The translations under genes were made by a program, and so were the position numbers. A DNA stretch of 59,209 bases. It comes from a virus (Duplodnaviria; Caudoviricetes). Location of the stretch: IMG/VR virus record IMGVR_UViG_3300027763_000068, positions 1-59,209 of that record, one strand, 5' to 3'. The notes beneath the pieces are model-generated. The model was not told the origin of the DNA. It searched no databases and saw nothing but the letters and a program-made list of their open reading frames with translations. Below are positions 9,047-19,021 of this stretch, one piece after another; positions within the stretch are counted from its first letter, which is position 1; each line of letters opens with the position of its first letter.

Positions 9047-10002
9047 TCTTTAAATCCACAATTCATCATTAGTTCCACCATGAATGCACACAGATTGATC
9101 TCTTGATCCGCCACAAACGCTGTCTTGTACTGGTATTCACCAATGATAACCACCGCTTGAGGGATGCTAGCAGGCTCTAGGAACTCGTATAAGCCATCGT
9201 AGACCTTCCTAAAGATGTCTTGGGGGCTGTTGTCTAGGTTGTTGGCTATCCACTTACGGATCTCTGTAAAGTTCTTGGTCTTCAAGAACCCCATGAGTTC
9301 CTTAACGTTCAGTTCACCAGCAGTACTTAAAATTCCAATATCAATAGTACCGGCAGCAGAGTATCGCTGAAGTTCATTTAGGGTTCGCCTAAAATCCGGA
9401 AAATACTTAACCACAACCTTGGACAACACCTTGTTATCATAGTCGATACCTTCTTCTTCCAGAATGCCTTGGCAGCGTTCTAGGAATTGTTTGGCTAGTT
9501 CTGGGCGTTCCTTGGTTGGAAAGTTAAAATCAATAACCGTACAACGAGAATGGATTGGTTCAATAATCCGATTCTTGTAATTACAAGTCAGAATAAAGCG
9601 ACAAGTCTTGGCAAACTCCTCAATGGCTCCACGAAGGGCTGGCTGGATACTTTGAGCATTAGAGTAATCAAACTCGTCTAGGATTACAATCTTTTGCTTG
9701 GCATCCTCTGATAAAGAAACCGTGCTGGCAAACTGTCGGATCTTGGTTCGCAGAGTATCAATATTACCGTCTTCCGAACAGTTGATCAGAATATAGTCTG
9801 CTCCCAGTTGAGTACAAAGAGCACGAGCAACCGTGGTCTTACCCATACCCGGCTTGCCTGCTAGCAGTAGATTAGGACACTCCCCGGATTCAACAATACT
9901 GTTAAAAGTATCCTTGAGGCTCTTGGGCAGAACACAATCATCAATGATTGCTGGACGATACTTTTCTACCAGCAGACCAACTGAATTGTTTGATGTTAGC
10001 AT
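9043..10002 (-). CDS. gp44: clamp loader large subunit, AAA+ (T4 gp44)
   Basis: 'VEKYRP', Walker A 'GKPGMGKTT', 'ILDEFD', 'SRC'; start moved to ATG 10002 which follows an AAGGA RBS. Confidence 0.96.
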   Translation of the reverse strand: MLTSNNSVGLLVEKYRPAIIDDCVLPKSLKDTFNSIVESGECPNLLLAGKPGMGKTTVARALCTQLGADYILINCSEDGNIDTLRTKIRQFASTVSLSEDAKQKIVILDEFDYSNAQSIQPALRGAIEEFAKTCRFILTCNYKNRIIEPIHSRCTVIDFNFPTKERPELAKQFLERCQGILEEEGIDYDNKVLSKVVVKYFPDFRRTLNELQRYSAAGTIDIGILSTAGELNVKELMGFLKTKNFTEIRKWIANNLDNSPQDIFRKVYDGLYEFLEPASIPQAVVIIGEYQYKTAFVADQEINLCAFMVELMMNCGFKE

Positions 10003-10003
10003 T

Positions 10004-10690
10004 TTATTCCTTATAAGTGCTGGTTGCGTCCATAGCAACCCAGTAAGTCAGAGAACGACTAGCGTGAGTAAACTGACCAATCACATTCTTGGACAGGGCC
10101 ACATGATAATCGCCATCAAACATCTTCATGTTCTCTAACTTGAAGTTGAACGAGAAGTCTGCTTGATCCTTGTTGTCTCCAACACGAATAGAGAATACGT
10201 TGCAGGTTGGATCCTTGAGATCCTTAACTACTGCAAGCACAGCATCGTCATCAGATACGAAGCACAGATCTGGATTTTGTAGAACTGCACCTGCACGAGA
10301 CAGTTCGCGGAAATCATCACTGGTCAGGTCAAACTCAACCACGGCATCAATCTTCTTGATGCTCTTGGTTGGATAAGACAGCAGCTTGGGATCTGAATAA
10401 AAATACTTAACCTTGGAACCACTTGCTCCAGTAATAGTCATGTACTTGTCATCAAAAATAAACTCTGGATCTTGAAACAGTGAAACCACGCCAAGCAGCT
10501 TATTGAGATCCCAAATACCAAACTCGGTATCAAAAGATTCCTCGACCTCAACTTCCGCCATGATATTCTTGGTGGGAGACATAGTTGTGATCTTTGATCC
10601 GGGCTTTACGTAGAGATTGGAATTAATACCACTGAAATTCTTAAGAATATTCAGTGTGTCCTTAGAAATTGTTGTTGTCGCTTTAGTCAT
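10004..10690 (-). CDS. gp45: sliding clamp (T4 gp45)
   Basis: 'TLNILKNFSGINSN', 'FGIWDL', 'YFYSDP', 'GDYHV', 'YWVA'. Confidence 0.95.
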   Translation of the reverse strand: MTKATTTISKDTLNILKNFSGINSNLYVKPGSKITTMSPTKNIMAEVEVEESFDTEFGIWDLNKLLGVVSLFQDPEFIFDDKYMTITGASGSKVKYFYSDPKLLSYPTKSIKKIDAVVEFDLTSDDFRELSRAGAVLQNPDLCFVSDDDAVLAVVKDLKDPTCNVFSIRVGDNKDQADFSFNFKLENMKMFDGDYHVALSKNVIGQFTHASRSLTYWVAMDATSTYKE

Positions 10691-10705
10691 AATATAGAGT
10701 TCCTT

Positions 10706-10888
10706 TTATTGTTCAAATCGTTCAAAATTTTCAAAATCACCATCATCGGATGAGTGACCGTGCTTTAAGTCGTTCAGCCATTGTTGTTGATTTGGCTTGC
10801 GTGGACGCTTCTTTCGCTTTTGCTTTCGTTCTTTTTGTTCACGCTTCCAACGCTCGTATTCGGATTCGGGTTCAGGAGTATACATCAA
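10706..10888 (-). CDS. small basic/acidic hypothetical protein
   Basis: 60 aa ORF coupled to rnh stop (ATGA overlap), fills the gap before gp45. Confidence 0.6.
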   Translation of the reverse strand: MMYTPEPESEYERWKREQKERKQKRKKRPRKPNQQQWLNDLKHGHSSDDGDFENFERFEQ

Positions 10889-11721
10889 AATTCCTCTAGA
10901 TGTGGCATAAGAGTCTTAAGTTTATGGTCCATAAAATATTGGAGCAGCTTTTCTCTGCCCTTTCCTTGTTGTGATTGATACGTTTCTAGAATCTTGTCTT
11001 GAAGATCTTGTGGAATATTATTCATGTCAATAAGAGTACTGTTCCGGATGTATTTAGGATCCTCAAAAAATGAAGAATTTTCAGAATCTTTCTTTAGTTG
11101 ATCGATCCTCTTTTGAGTCATTCGGACCTGTCGCTTACCGTCCGTAACAAAAGTATCATCGTCACTAAGCATATTAGGCACACCATCACTTGAATCACCT
11201 CCAATAATATGTTCAAAAAGAACCCCACGAGGATCTTCACACTTTAAAAATTTCTTGGTGGTTGGACTGTACTGCTGTACGTTTGGAAAAATTTGTAGTT
11301 GCTGAAAGTCTTTATCATTAGAAATGATAAGGATATTTTCAGATTGGCAGTACGTCTTGGTTAGCACGTAAATAATATCGTCTGCTTCTGCTCCCTGTAG
11401 ACGAATACTGGGATACGGAAACACTTCTGCTACTTCATTACGAATCTTGTCCAGCACGGCAAAAGCAGCCTTCCATTCGTCCTTCTTGGCTTCCTGTTGC
11501 TTACGGCGATTTTGCTTATAGTACGGAAAGTACTTGCGTCGCCAATAGTCAGTACCGTCACTGCAAATAACCAGTTCTCCGTACTTACGAAAATCGGTTC
11601 GATACTTGCGATAAGTGTTTAATACGGTATGACGAATATAATCCTCGTTAAGAGGTTCGCCATCTTTAGAAGCCTGAAAAATATTGGCTAAGATAATTTG
11701 ATTGTTGTCAATAAGTAACAT
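10885..11721 (-). CDS. rnh: RNase H / 5'-3' exonuclease (T4 rnh)
   Basis: 'LLIDNNQI', 'YWRRKYFPYYK', 'EADD', 'SNDKDFQQL', 'GDSSDGVPN'; start set to MLLID. Confidence 0.95.
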   Translation of the reverse strand: MLLIDNNQIILANIFQASKDGEPLNEDYIRHTVLNTYRKYRTDFRKYGELVICSDGTDYWRRKYFPYYKQNRRKQQEAKKDEWKAAFAVLDKIRNEVAEVFPYPSIRLQGAEADDIIYVLTKTYCQSENILIISNDKDFQQLQIFPNVQQYSPTTKKFLKCEDPRGVLFEHIIGGDSSDGVPNMLSDDDTFVTDGKRQVRMTQKRIDQLKKDSENSSFFEDPKYIRNSTLIDMNNIPQDLQDKILETYQSQQGKGREKLLQYFMDHKLKTLMPHLEEF

Positions 11722-11727
11722 AATATG

Positions 11728-11755
11728 AGTATAACACGGATTACACAAAAGTCAA
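11728..11755 (-). promoter_or_regulatory. sigma70-like early promoter of rnh
   Basis: minus strand TTGACT-16 nt-TATACT with extended -10 TG; 6 nt from the ATG. Confidence 0.65.
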
Positions 11756-12072
11756 AAGATTTGTACCCATTGTTCGCTAGTTGCATCAACAATATATTTG
11801 TACAATATTCCGGTATCTGGATTAAACCATTCATCTCCCTGAACAACTCGTGTTGGAGGAATCTCTGAATTATAAAAAGTTACAGTAGTTCCAGATCGTT
11901 CTCCCGTTAGTGGTTCCCAGCCAGAATTTTTATGTTCTGGTGATTTGCAGAGATCTGGTGTACGACTGGCAATGTATGCTTCTCCATTTTTATAAACAAT
12001 ATCGCCTTCAGCGTATTGAATACAATTACCAGAACCGTCTGTTACTTTAAATATACTTTTAAAACTAGTCAT
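11752..12072 (-). CDS. hypothetical protein with CBM5/12-like and fibre-repeat-like motifs
   Basis: 'YAEGDIVYKNGEAY...W' and 'GDEWFNPDTGILYKY...WVQ'. Confidence 0.5.
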   Translation of the reverse strand: MTSFKSIFKVTDGSGNCIQYAEGDIVYKNGEAYIASRTPDLCKSPEHKNSGWEPLTGERSGTTVTFYNSEIPPTRVVQGDEWFNPDTGILYKYIVDATSEQWVQIF

Positions 12073-12796
12073 TTAAAATATCCTTGAATTCCTCTAAAGT
12101 AGTTATGATTGTTTTAATTTTACGCTTACCAAGGAATGAAAACGCTTCCTTTAAATCCGGATCTCCCTTATATGCCTGCTTGAGTTCCTTGATATACGGA
12201 TCTAGATTCTTTGCCAGTTTCTTAAAATGCACATGCTTGATGCCTTGTAGAACCAGCCAGTCAGCATGATCCACATTCTTAAGTTCGTCGGATTCAGCAA
12301 GTTCAAACAGCTCATCAATTCGACTTTCCAAAACAGACATGTATTCTTTAGTCTTGTTTTGAATACGTTCTTGGACATTAACCTTTTCTTTATCGGTGTT
12401 GTCTACGTGTGGTCTAGTCTGACCCAACATAATGATGTCTTTAACTTTAGAACGTACCATTTCAATCGTTCGAGGATCTAACTTGGCTCCCAGAGTCATA
12501 ATGCGGCATCGGCTACCAACCTGAATAAACTCTAAAGCATTAATATCGCATGCCATTGCGTACTTGATATCCTTCTTGGAGTATTCGTTTTTCATCATCC
12601 AATCGATAGTCCAAGGCTTGCATAGATTATTTTCGCACGAATAACTATACCAGTTAAGAGCTTTCAACACTCGGGAATCGTGTTCTTCCGGAGTCAGTTT
12701 ATCTGCATCCTTCCATGTGGGTTCGTCACCCATAATTAAAGAATCAACAGAATCACCACGACCAATACGACGAGTTTTCTTCTTTTTCTTTTTCAT
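12065..12796 (-). CDS. hypothetical protein typical of T4-like phages
   Basis: 'ALNWYSY', 'VNVQERI', 'LKEAFSFL'; coupled with neighbours. Confidence 0.65.
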   Translation of the reverse strand: MKKKKKKTRRIGRGDSVDSLIMGDEPTWKDADKLTPEEHDSRVLKALNWYSYSCENNLCKPWTIDWMMKNEYSKKDIKYAMACDINALEFIQVGSRCRIMTLGAKLDPRTIEMVRSKVKDIIMLGQTRPHVDNTDKEKVNVQERIQNKTKEYMSVLESRIDELFELAESDELKNVDHADWLVLQGIKHVHFKKLAKNLDPYIKELKQAYKGDPDLKEAFSFLGKRKIKTIITTLEEFKDILND

Positions 12797-12984
12797 CTGT
12801 ATCCATATTTTTTAAGTTCTTTTTTGTACCACTCAAAAAATTCTGTTTCTTCTTTTTTCTTTTTGTTTTCTTCTTTTTTTATTCTGGCTTCCCATAACTT
12901 GGGATTTTTAAGATAAGCATCAGGGACTCTAAATTTATGTGGAGACCCTTGATACGGTATTTTTCGTTTATCTTCTTTTCTCAT
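12793..12984 (-). CDS. small Lys/Glu-rich hypothetical protein
   Basis: ATGA overlaps on both sides. Confidence 0.55.
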   Translation of the reverse strand: MRKEDKRKIPYQGSPHKFRVPDAYLKNPKLWEARIKKEENKKKKEETEFFEWYKKELKKYGYR

Positions 12985-14705
12985 ACAATACGACTAAAGT
13001 TCTTTTTCTTATCGAATTGAAAAACATTATTAAATCTATCTAGCAGTTGATCCGTTTTATGGCTGATCACATAAACGTTTGCTTTGGACCCAAAACTAGA
13101 TAGAAGTTTCATCAGCTCATCCACTCCACCACTGTCCAAACTGGAATCAAATACTTCATCCAGAATAAGCAGATTAGTATTGACACTGTTCTTCAACTTT
13201 GCGATCTCTCGCCATGTCAGAAGCAGTGCCAGATCGATCCTCATCTTCTCGCCTTCACTAAACGACTCGTAACAGAACTCATCACGATGGCGACTCTTAA
13301 TGACTTCATTAAACTCCTCGTCTAGATGGAAGTTTGCGTAGAAGTCCATGCTGTTCAAATACTTGTTCACGTACTTATTAATTAACGGAATATAGTATTT
13401 TACAATTTTTGCTTTAATACCACTGTCCTTGAACAGAAATACCAGTTTATCATAAGAACGAAGTGTGTCAAGAGCTTTCTGTTTCTTTTTTAGTAATTCG
13501 CTTTGTTTGGTTAAAAGTTCGGACAGTTTATCTTGATTTTCTTGAATCTTGGATTGAGTATCAGCAGTTTCCACAACAGCTAACATCTCTTCATCTAGCC
13601 TTTGATTTAATTTAATCAAAGACTCTACAGTTTGTTCTTTTGAAGACGATTTAATGATTAGATCGTTTAATTTATTCTGAACACTTATCATCTTGTTCAG
13701 ATTATTTTTGGACATATTGATTGCTTCTTTTATTCGGCTCAGACTATTCTTATGTTCTTCGGCTTTTTCTGTCTTCTCAGCAATCACATGTTCTTTATGT
13801 TCTTTGCTAATGGTCTGTTTACATGTTGGGCAACTTTGACTCTTTTCAAAGAACTTGATGTCTTCTTGTACGCCTTCAAGAGTACTTTCCAGTTTAAACA
13901 ACACGATCTGTTGTTTCTTGAGTTCGGCATTTATTTGGTCTCCTGGTTCTAATTCAGTTTCCAGGATCTTCATTGCGCTTTGAAGTTGTTTAATTTCTTT
14001 TGAAATACTCTTTATAGTTTCTGTATTTTCTTCCAAAGTGCGCTTGCGGTCTGCAACACGATCTGAGGTGTTCTTTTGGTAAGATTCTAAGATCTCTTTG
14101 GTGGCAGACACCTTTTCGTTTACAAGCACTAGTTCAGACTCAATAGCCTGCATTACTCCTTTGGCAGTACCAATTTTGGTTTTTAGTACGCCATTCATTT
14201 CAGAGAAGATACCGATATCCAAAATATTTTCAATGACTTGACGGCGATCAGCAGGAGTTAACTGCATGAATGGAATGAATGAAGACGAACCAAGAACCAC
14301 AACCTGAGAAAACGTTTTGTGGTTCATACTTATAATCTGTTCTTCTAAGATGTTTTGATAATCTTTACTTTTAGCGTCTTCATTTAAAAGCTCACCATCT
14401 TTAAATATCTTAAACATCTTTGGAGCAAGACCACGAACAATCTTATATTCTGTCTTTCCAACAGTGAATTCCAGTTCAACAACACAATTCTTTTTATTGA
14501 TGCTATTGACTAGTTGTGGAATATTCATGTTTCGGAATGGCTTTCCGAACAACGCAAAAGAAATAGAATCAAGAAATGCAAACGATTTGCCGTTGCCGTT
14601 TGAACCACACACCAAAGTGGTTGCGTTCTTGCCTAGTTCTATTTCAGTAAATGTGTTACCGAAAGAACCAAAATTCTTAAAACGAACAGTCTTAAAATTA
14701 ATCAA
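12981..14705 (-). CDS. gp46: recombination endonuclease ATPase subunit (T4 gp46, Rad50/SbcC-like)
   Basis: Walker A 'GSNGNGKS', zinc hook 'CPTC', signature 'FSEGEK', Walker B 'LLILDEVFD', coiled coil. Confidence 0.97.
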   Translation of the reverse strand: MINFKTVRFKNFGSFGNTFTEIELGKNATTLVCGSNGNGKSFAFLDSISFALFGKPFRNMNIPQLVNSINKKNCVVELEFTVGKTEYKIVRGLAPKMFKIFKDGELLNEDAKSKDYQNILEEQIISMNHKTFSQVVVLGSSSFIPFMQLTPADRRQVIENILDIGIFSEMNGVLKTKIGTAKGVMQAIESELVLVNEKVSATKEILESYQKNTSDRVADRKRTLEENTETIKSISKEIKQLQSAMKILETELEPGDQINAELKKQQIVLFKLESTLEGVQEDIKFFEKSQSCPTCKQTISKEHKEHVIAEKTEKAEEHKNSLSRIKEAINMSKNNLNKMISVQNKLNDLIIKSSSKEQTVESLIKLNQRLDEEMLAVVETADTQSKIQENQDKLSELLTKQSELLKKKQKALDTLRSYDKLVFLFKDSGIKAKIVKYYIPLINKYVNKYLNSMDFYANFHLDEEFNEVIKSRHRDEFCYESFSEGEKMRIDLALLLTWREIAKLKNSVNTNLLILDEVFDSSLDSGGVDELMKLLSSFGSKANVYVISHKTDQLLDRFNNVFQFDKKKNFSRIV

Positions 14706-15739
14706 TCTAGACTCTCCATATAAAGTTCACGAACAATATTCTTCAGTTCTTCTTTGTTTTCTGCTTCCATACCGTCAATCTCTTTATTGATTAAGCTTAG
14801 TGTGTCTTCAGAAATATCCACTTCACCTTCTTCACGAACACGATCACTCAGATCTTCAATGATACTAACACTGGCAGGTTCTGCTGCGTAAAGACTGTCC
14901 AAGAACTGATCAAACTTGGTTTCGCTTTTCTTTTCGTACACCAAAACCTTGACGTAAGTTCCCTTGTATCGTGCAGGATCAAATCCTTCAATCAGCGTTC
15001 CGTTTCTCCACTCCACATTATGAAACATCTTCATAGGATTTTGAATGAACTGCAATTCTCGGGTTTCTGTGTCTAAAACGTGAAATCCCTTTACCTCATT
15101 AGTATCGATACTAGTCATCTGATATTGAGTACCAAGATAATGAACATTACCTTTAGAACTCTTGCTGTGAAAATGCCCAGACAGCACCATATCAAATTTT
15201 TCTAAAAACTTGTCACTCATGCCTTCATTAAATTTTATTCCGGGCATAACTTCATAACCACTGAGTTCTAAGTGGCCTGCCAAAATGGTTGCTTTACTGT
15301 CCTTGATTGTTTTTAAAAACTGTTCTTTGTTTTCTTCATTCAACCAAGGAACCATTAGTATGGTTGCACCATTAAAACATACTTCTGTTGGTTCTTCGTA
15401 AAGATGGAACGATGTATGGCATTCTCCCAGCACTTCTTTGGGTGAATTTAAACGATTTGTGTTTTTATAAAACACATCATGATTACCAAGAATACAGTGC
15501 AGTTCTACCCCATTAGTTTCAAACCACTGCACAAATCGCTTTTTAGTGTGATGTAGTGTATTAAAATTAATAAACTTTCTACGATCAAACAGATCACCAA
15601 GATGAAGTACTTTAGTGATACCATGTTCCTTGAGATAAGGAAAAAACTGTTCTTCAAAGAACTTTAAAAAATGATTTAAGAATAGGGGAGAATCACCTCT
15701 GGCCCCAAAGTGCGTATCACCAATAACTGCAATTTTCAT
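14702..15739 (-). CDS. gp47: recombination endonuclease nuclease subunit (T4 gp47, Mre11/SbcD-like)
   Basis: 'GDTHFG', 'LGDLFDRR', 'GNHD', 'GHLE', 'SGHFH'. Confidence 0.97.
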   Translation of the reverse strand: MKIAVIGDTHFGARGDSPLFLNHFLKFFEEQFFPYLKEHGITKVLHLGDLFDRRKFINFNTLHHTKKRFVQWFETNGVELHCILGNHDVFYKNTNRLNSPKEVLGECHTSFHLYEEPTEVCFNGATILMVPWLNEENKEQFLKTIKDSKATILAGHLELSGYEVMPGIKFNEGMSDKFLEKFDMVLSGHFHSKSSKGNVHYLGTQYQMTSIDTNEVKGFHVLDTETRELQFIQNPMKMFHNVEWRNGTLIEGFDPARYKGTYVKVLVYEKKSETKFDQFLDSLYAAEPASVSIIEDLSDRVREEGEVDISEDTLSLINKEIDGMEAENKEELKNIVRELYMESLD

Positions 15740-16332
15740 GATTTATTTTTACTACGCTTCTTGCGTTTCTTTGGTTCATACTTTTCAATATCTCGTTCAG
15801 AAATATTAAAATGTTCTGTTAATGCTTCACGTTCATTAGATTTATCAAAGTAATTTTCTTTAAACCACTTGTGAAGTGTACCATCATTCATCTCTTCTGT
15901 CAATCTAAATTTTATATAAGCTTGCTTTTTTTCTCTTTCTATTCGACGGAGAAACGCATAATAGATTATTTGAGTAAAATAAGAAAATGGATTTTTGGAT
16001 TTGCGTGGATTAAAATTGTGTGCGTACATTAAACAATTTTCAATTCCATCTCCAATCATTTCATCCTTATACGGATAATTCATAAAATTGGATTTTGAAC
16101 ATAATCGTTCTGCGATCTTTAAGAAGCAACTTCCGATATATTCGGAAACCGGGGGCTTATCGTCTCCACTGTCTTCAGCTTCTCTTATTTCTTTTTTCCA
16201 CTTAATCATTTCTAGTAGAAATTGTTTATTGTCTACGTAATGATCGTTATTTAATTGTTTTTCTAATTTCTTTTCTATTGTTTTATCTGTTTTTATTTTT
16301 AATTTATCTTTTTTAGGTTTTCCACTTGACAT
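15736..16332 (-). CDS. gp55: late-transcription sigma factor (T4 gp55)
   Basis: 'HYVDNKQFL', 'YIGSCFLKIA', 'MIGDGIENC', 'NPFSYFTQIIYYAFLRRI'. Confidence 0.97.
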   Translation of the reverse strand: MSSGKPKKDKLKIKTDKTIEKKLEKQLNNDHYVDNKQFLLEMIKWKKEIREAEDSGDDKPPVSEYIGSCFLKIAERLCSKSNFMNYPYKDEMIGDGIENCLMYAHNFNPRKSKNPFSYFTQIIYYAFLRRIEREKKQAYIKFRLTEEMNDGTLHKWFKENYFDKSNEREALTEHFNISERDIEKYEPKKRKKRSKNKS

Positions 16333-16354
16333 GCTATAAATTTCCTGATATAAT
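16326..16354 (+). promoter_or_regulatory. perfect sigma70 consensus promoter, antisense to the surrounding genes
   Basis: TTGACA (16326-16331), 17 nt, TATAAT (16349-16354) on the + strand. Confidence 0.5.
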
Positions 16355-16383
16355 ATATTGTCTGAGTAAAAAAGGAATATTAG

Positions 16384-17091
16384 TTACTTGTAGTCCTCAG
16401 AAGACGGATCAGCATTCCAATCCGTCCACTCATTACCCAAATTTTTATTTTCCTTCTTGTCACCGGTGAATTTGTTAGGGTTCATGCCCTCACCATTTTC
16501 ATCGGTTATTTCATTAATCATTTCACCAAAATCTTTTCGATCAAGTATTCCTGAGCGAAGAAGTTCAACGATAACTTCGGGAGAAAAGACCATGTTCATG
16601 AATATCATTTTATCATCAAAACGAGGTTTTGCAAGATCTTTTAAGCTAGATTCATTTTCAACAGGATCGTTTAAATTAGTCATCATATCCTCTAATTTCT
16701 TCTGAAGATTGTCTAAAAAGCTATCAGATTGATCCTTTATTTCAGGTAAATTTGGAGGAGGTAAAAGTGGTTCTTTCCGTTTTGCTTTCACACCATTAAA
16801 ACGAAAATCTTCTTTAATCTTTTCTGCATCGTATAAATTACTTGCTTCTTTTGTTGGTTCTAAAATTGCATTTACCGTATCTGGTGAAATGAGTGTTTTT
16901 ACTTCAGATGAAAGAATCAACCAATTTTTTAACATAAAGATTTCTCGCATGCCTCCGAATAAATCAGAAGAAACCATACTCTTAAAAACCATGGGTCGGT
17001 GAAGACGAAGTTGGCCGTCTTTAGTTTTACGAACGTCTGCAATAATTTCTTCACCCGATTTCATTTTGAGTATCTTGTATGTTTTTCTCAT
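16384..17091 (-). CDS. Sm-like-domain hypothetical protein (uvsW-gp55 interval)
   Basis: 'KILKMKSGEEIIADV...LHRPM...W' N-terminus typical of this position in T4-like phages. Confidence 0.65.
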   Translation of the reverse strand: MRKTYKILKMKSGEEIIADVRKTKDGQLRLHRPMVFKSMVSSDLFGGMREIFMLKNWLILSSEVKTLISPDTVNAILEPTKEASNLYDAEKIKEDFRFNGVKAKRKEPLLPPPNLPEIKDQSDSFLDNLQKKLEDMMTNLNDPVENESSLKDLAKPRFDDKMIFMNMVFSPEVIVELLRSGILDRKDFGEMINEITDENGEGMNPNKFTGDKKENKNLGNEWTDWNADPSSEDYK

Positions 17092-18580
17092 TGGACTCCT
17101 TTGGTAACTGAATAGAAATTAACTTGTACGGAAATCTCTCATTAGTATATATTTTTAGTCTGGCACCAAGATGGTTCATTCCGTGATTAGTGTAGCTCTT
17201 GTAACGCAGATCGTCTGCAATATCAAATAATTTCATTTGTTGTTTAGTATCACTTCTTCGCAATCCACGACCAATAGACTGTAAAACACGAATTATAGAT
17301 TTAGATGGAGAAGCAAAAACTACGTTGTGAATATTTTTAATATTGATACCAGTACTACAAGTTCCGTAAGAAGCTAACAATATCGAATCTGATCCTTTAT
17401 CTACCGCTTTACGAATTTGTTCGCGTTCGTCTACTTCAGTTTGACCGTGAATAAAGTAAACCGGTTTTGTGGAATCTTTTTGTAGTATTTCGTGTAATGG
17501 CTTTCCTTGCAGTTCCACAAAGTTAAAAAGAACTAAAGTATTGCCTGTCAGCTTACTACACAGGTTTTTAATAAATTGATTGCGTCTGGAATTACTTACA
17601 ACCCAACGAATCTCGTCCACGTAAGTCATCTTTTTTGTTGTTTGAATGTCTTCTGGAGAGTACTGAAGTTGTAAGCAATCAATATTAATTTGTGAAAGTA
17701 AGTCTTGATCAATTAATTTTTTGGTTGTGGTTGTGTGGTATGTTGGTCCAAACAATCCTTCAATAACCAGTTTGTGGGTTTGTGTGCCGTCCAAAGTACC
17801 GGTTGTACCTATACGGTATTTGGTTTTTTTAGCTTTGCTCATGATGGACGCAAGAGATTTGGCTTTGAATAAATGGCACTCGTCCCCAAACACTCCCATA
17901 AAATCGTCAAAGTAGGTGAACGGCTGATTGTAAATACTTTGCCAAGTAGAAATAATTATTCGTTTGGTGGAAGTTTTATCTTTTCCAGACATTACTGTAT
18001 GGATGTTTCGATCTGCCTTCCACGAGTCTTGTTTAGAATAATCCCGAAAATCTGCCAACATCTGAGCAACCAGACTGGTGGTTGGAACAATTATGAGTAG
18101 CTTTCCTGTTGGGTTCTTATCTAACATCCAACGGCACAGTAGGTAGATCATCATGGACTTACCAGAGCCTGTAGGAGACACTAGGAGGGCTCTGGATCGA
18201 TTCAGAGCGTGTTGGACGGCCTCTACCTGGTAATCGTAAGGTTGGATGGGTTTACCGCCTGCACTGAGTGGCAAACTTTGAATGAATTGCTTGACTTCTT
18301 CTGGCTTCGGGGTATCGTATGGAACCGGAACATGCTCCCAAGTATACCCACGATCTTTGGCAAACTTAATTACAAGGTCTGTGAGACCTGCGTAAATAGT
18401 CTGGGTGTACAGATTAAAAAGACGAATTTTTCCATCCCAAAGACGCTTTTTAAAAGCTGGGGTGTATTGAAAATTTGGAACAGTAAACGTAAAATAACCG
18501 TTTAGTTCTCTGGCTAAAGAACGATCACACTCGACCTTTAAATCGACAGCATCAGGTTGTGTGATACGTATATCTGCCAA
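17051..18580 (-). CDS. uvsW: UvsW DNA helicase
   Basis: 'WDGKIRLF', 'SPTGSGKS', 'DECH', 'TGT', 'LQSIGRGLR'. Confidence 0.97.
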   Translation of the reverse strand: MADIRITQPDAVDLKVECDRSLARELNGYFTFTVPNFQYTPAFKKRLWDGKIRLFNLYTQTIYAGLTDLVIKFAKDRGYTWEHVPVPYDTPKPEEVKQFIQSLPLSAGGKPIQPYDYQVEAVQHALNRSRALLVSPTGSGKSMMIYLLCRWMLDKNPTGKLLIIVPTTSLVAQMLADFRDYSKQDSWKADRNIHTVMSGKDKTSTKRIIISTWQSIYNQPFTYFDDFMGVFGDECHLFKAKSLASIMSKAKKTKYRIGTTGTLDGTQTHKLVIEGLFGPTYHTTTTKKLIDQDLLSQINIDCLQLQYSPEDIQTTKKMTYVDEIRWVVSNSRRNQFIKNLCSKLTGNTLVLFNFVELQGKPLHEILQKDSTKPVYFIHGQTEVDEREQIRKAVDKGSDSILLASYGTCSTGINIKNIHNVVFASPSKSIIRVLQSIGRGLRRSDTKQQMKLFDIADDLRYKSYTNHGMNHLGARLKIYTNERFPYKLISIQLPKESNEKNIQDTQNEIG

Positions 18581-19015
18581 TCAAACTCCTTGGGTAAACT
18601 TCAACCAGTCAATCATGGCTCTGATTTGCCATTGACGATTTTGTACAATTTTAATTACACTCTCCAGATAATTAACTTTTTCTTCCTGAAAGTTAACCTT
18701 TTCAGAAGCCTTGATGTAGTCTGCATCCGATTCAATCATATCATCGGCTTCAGTCTTTAAAATATTTAATTCAAACGGCTCCCAACCAAACTGAGTCAAC
18801 TCTTCTTGACTCATTCGACCAGTATAGTAAAGCCATTTATTTCTACGAAGAACAGACAGCTCATTGTTCATTCGTTTTAGCTTTAACTTTTCATCCATAA
18901 ACATTACCAAATATTTGTTGTGAAGTTGAGGAGTTCTGGAAGACTCTACATCAAGAGCAGTTTGATCAATATCCAGATCCTTTTTAATCATTATTTTTAA
19001 TTCATCTAGGTTCAT
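18581..19015 (-). CDS. uvsY: recombination mediator UvsY
   Basis: 'DLDID...ESSRTPQLHNKY', 'WLYYTG', 'RQWQIRAMIDWLKF'; start set to MNLDEL. Confidence 0.93.
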   Translation of the reverse strand: MNLDELKIMIKKDLDIDQTALDVESSRTPQLHNKYLVMFMDEKLKLKRMNNELSVLRRNKWLYYTGRMSQEELTQFGWEPFELNILKTEADDMIESDADYIKASEKVNFQEEKVNYLESVIKIVQNRQWQIRAMIDWLKFTQGV

Positions 19016-19021
19016 AATATT

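Noticed and set aside
17051-17091. 41-nt overlap between uvsW and the next gene
   Set aside because: Downstream gene has its own AAGGAG RBS; likely a simple C-terminal run-on of UvsW
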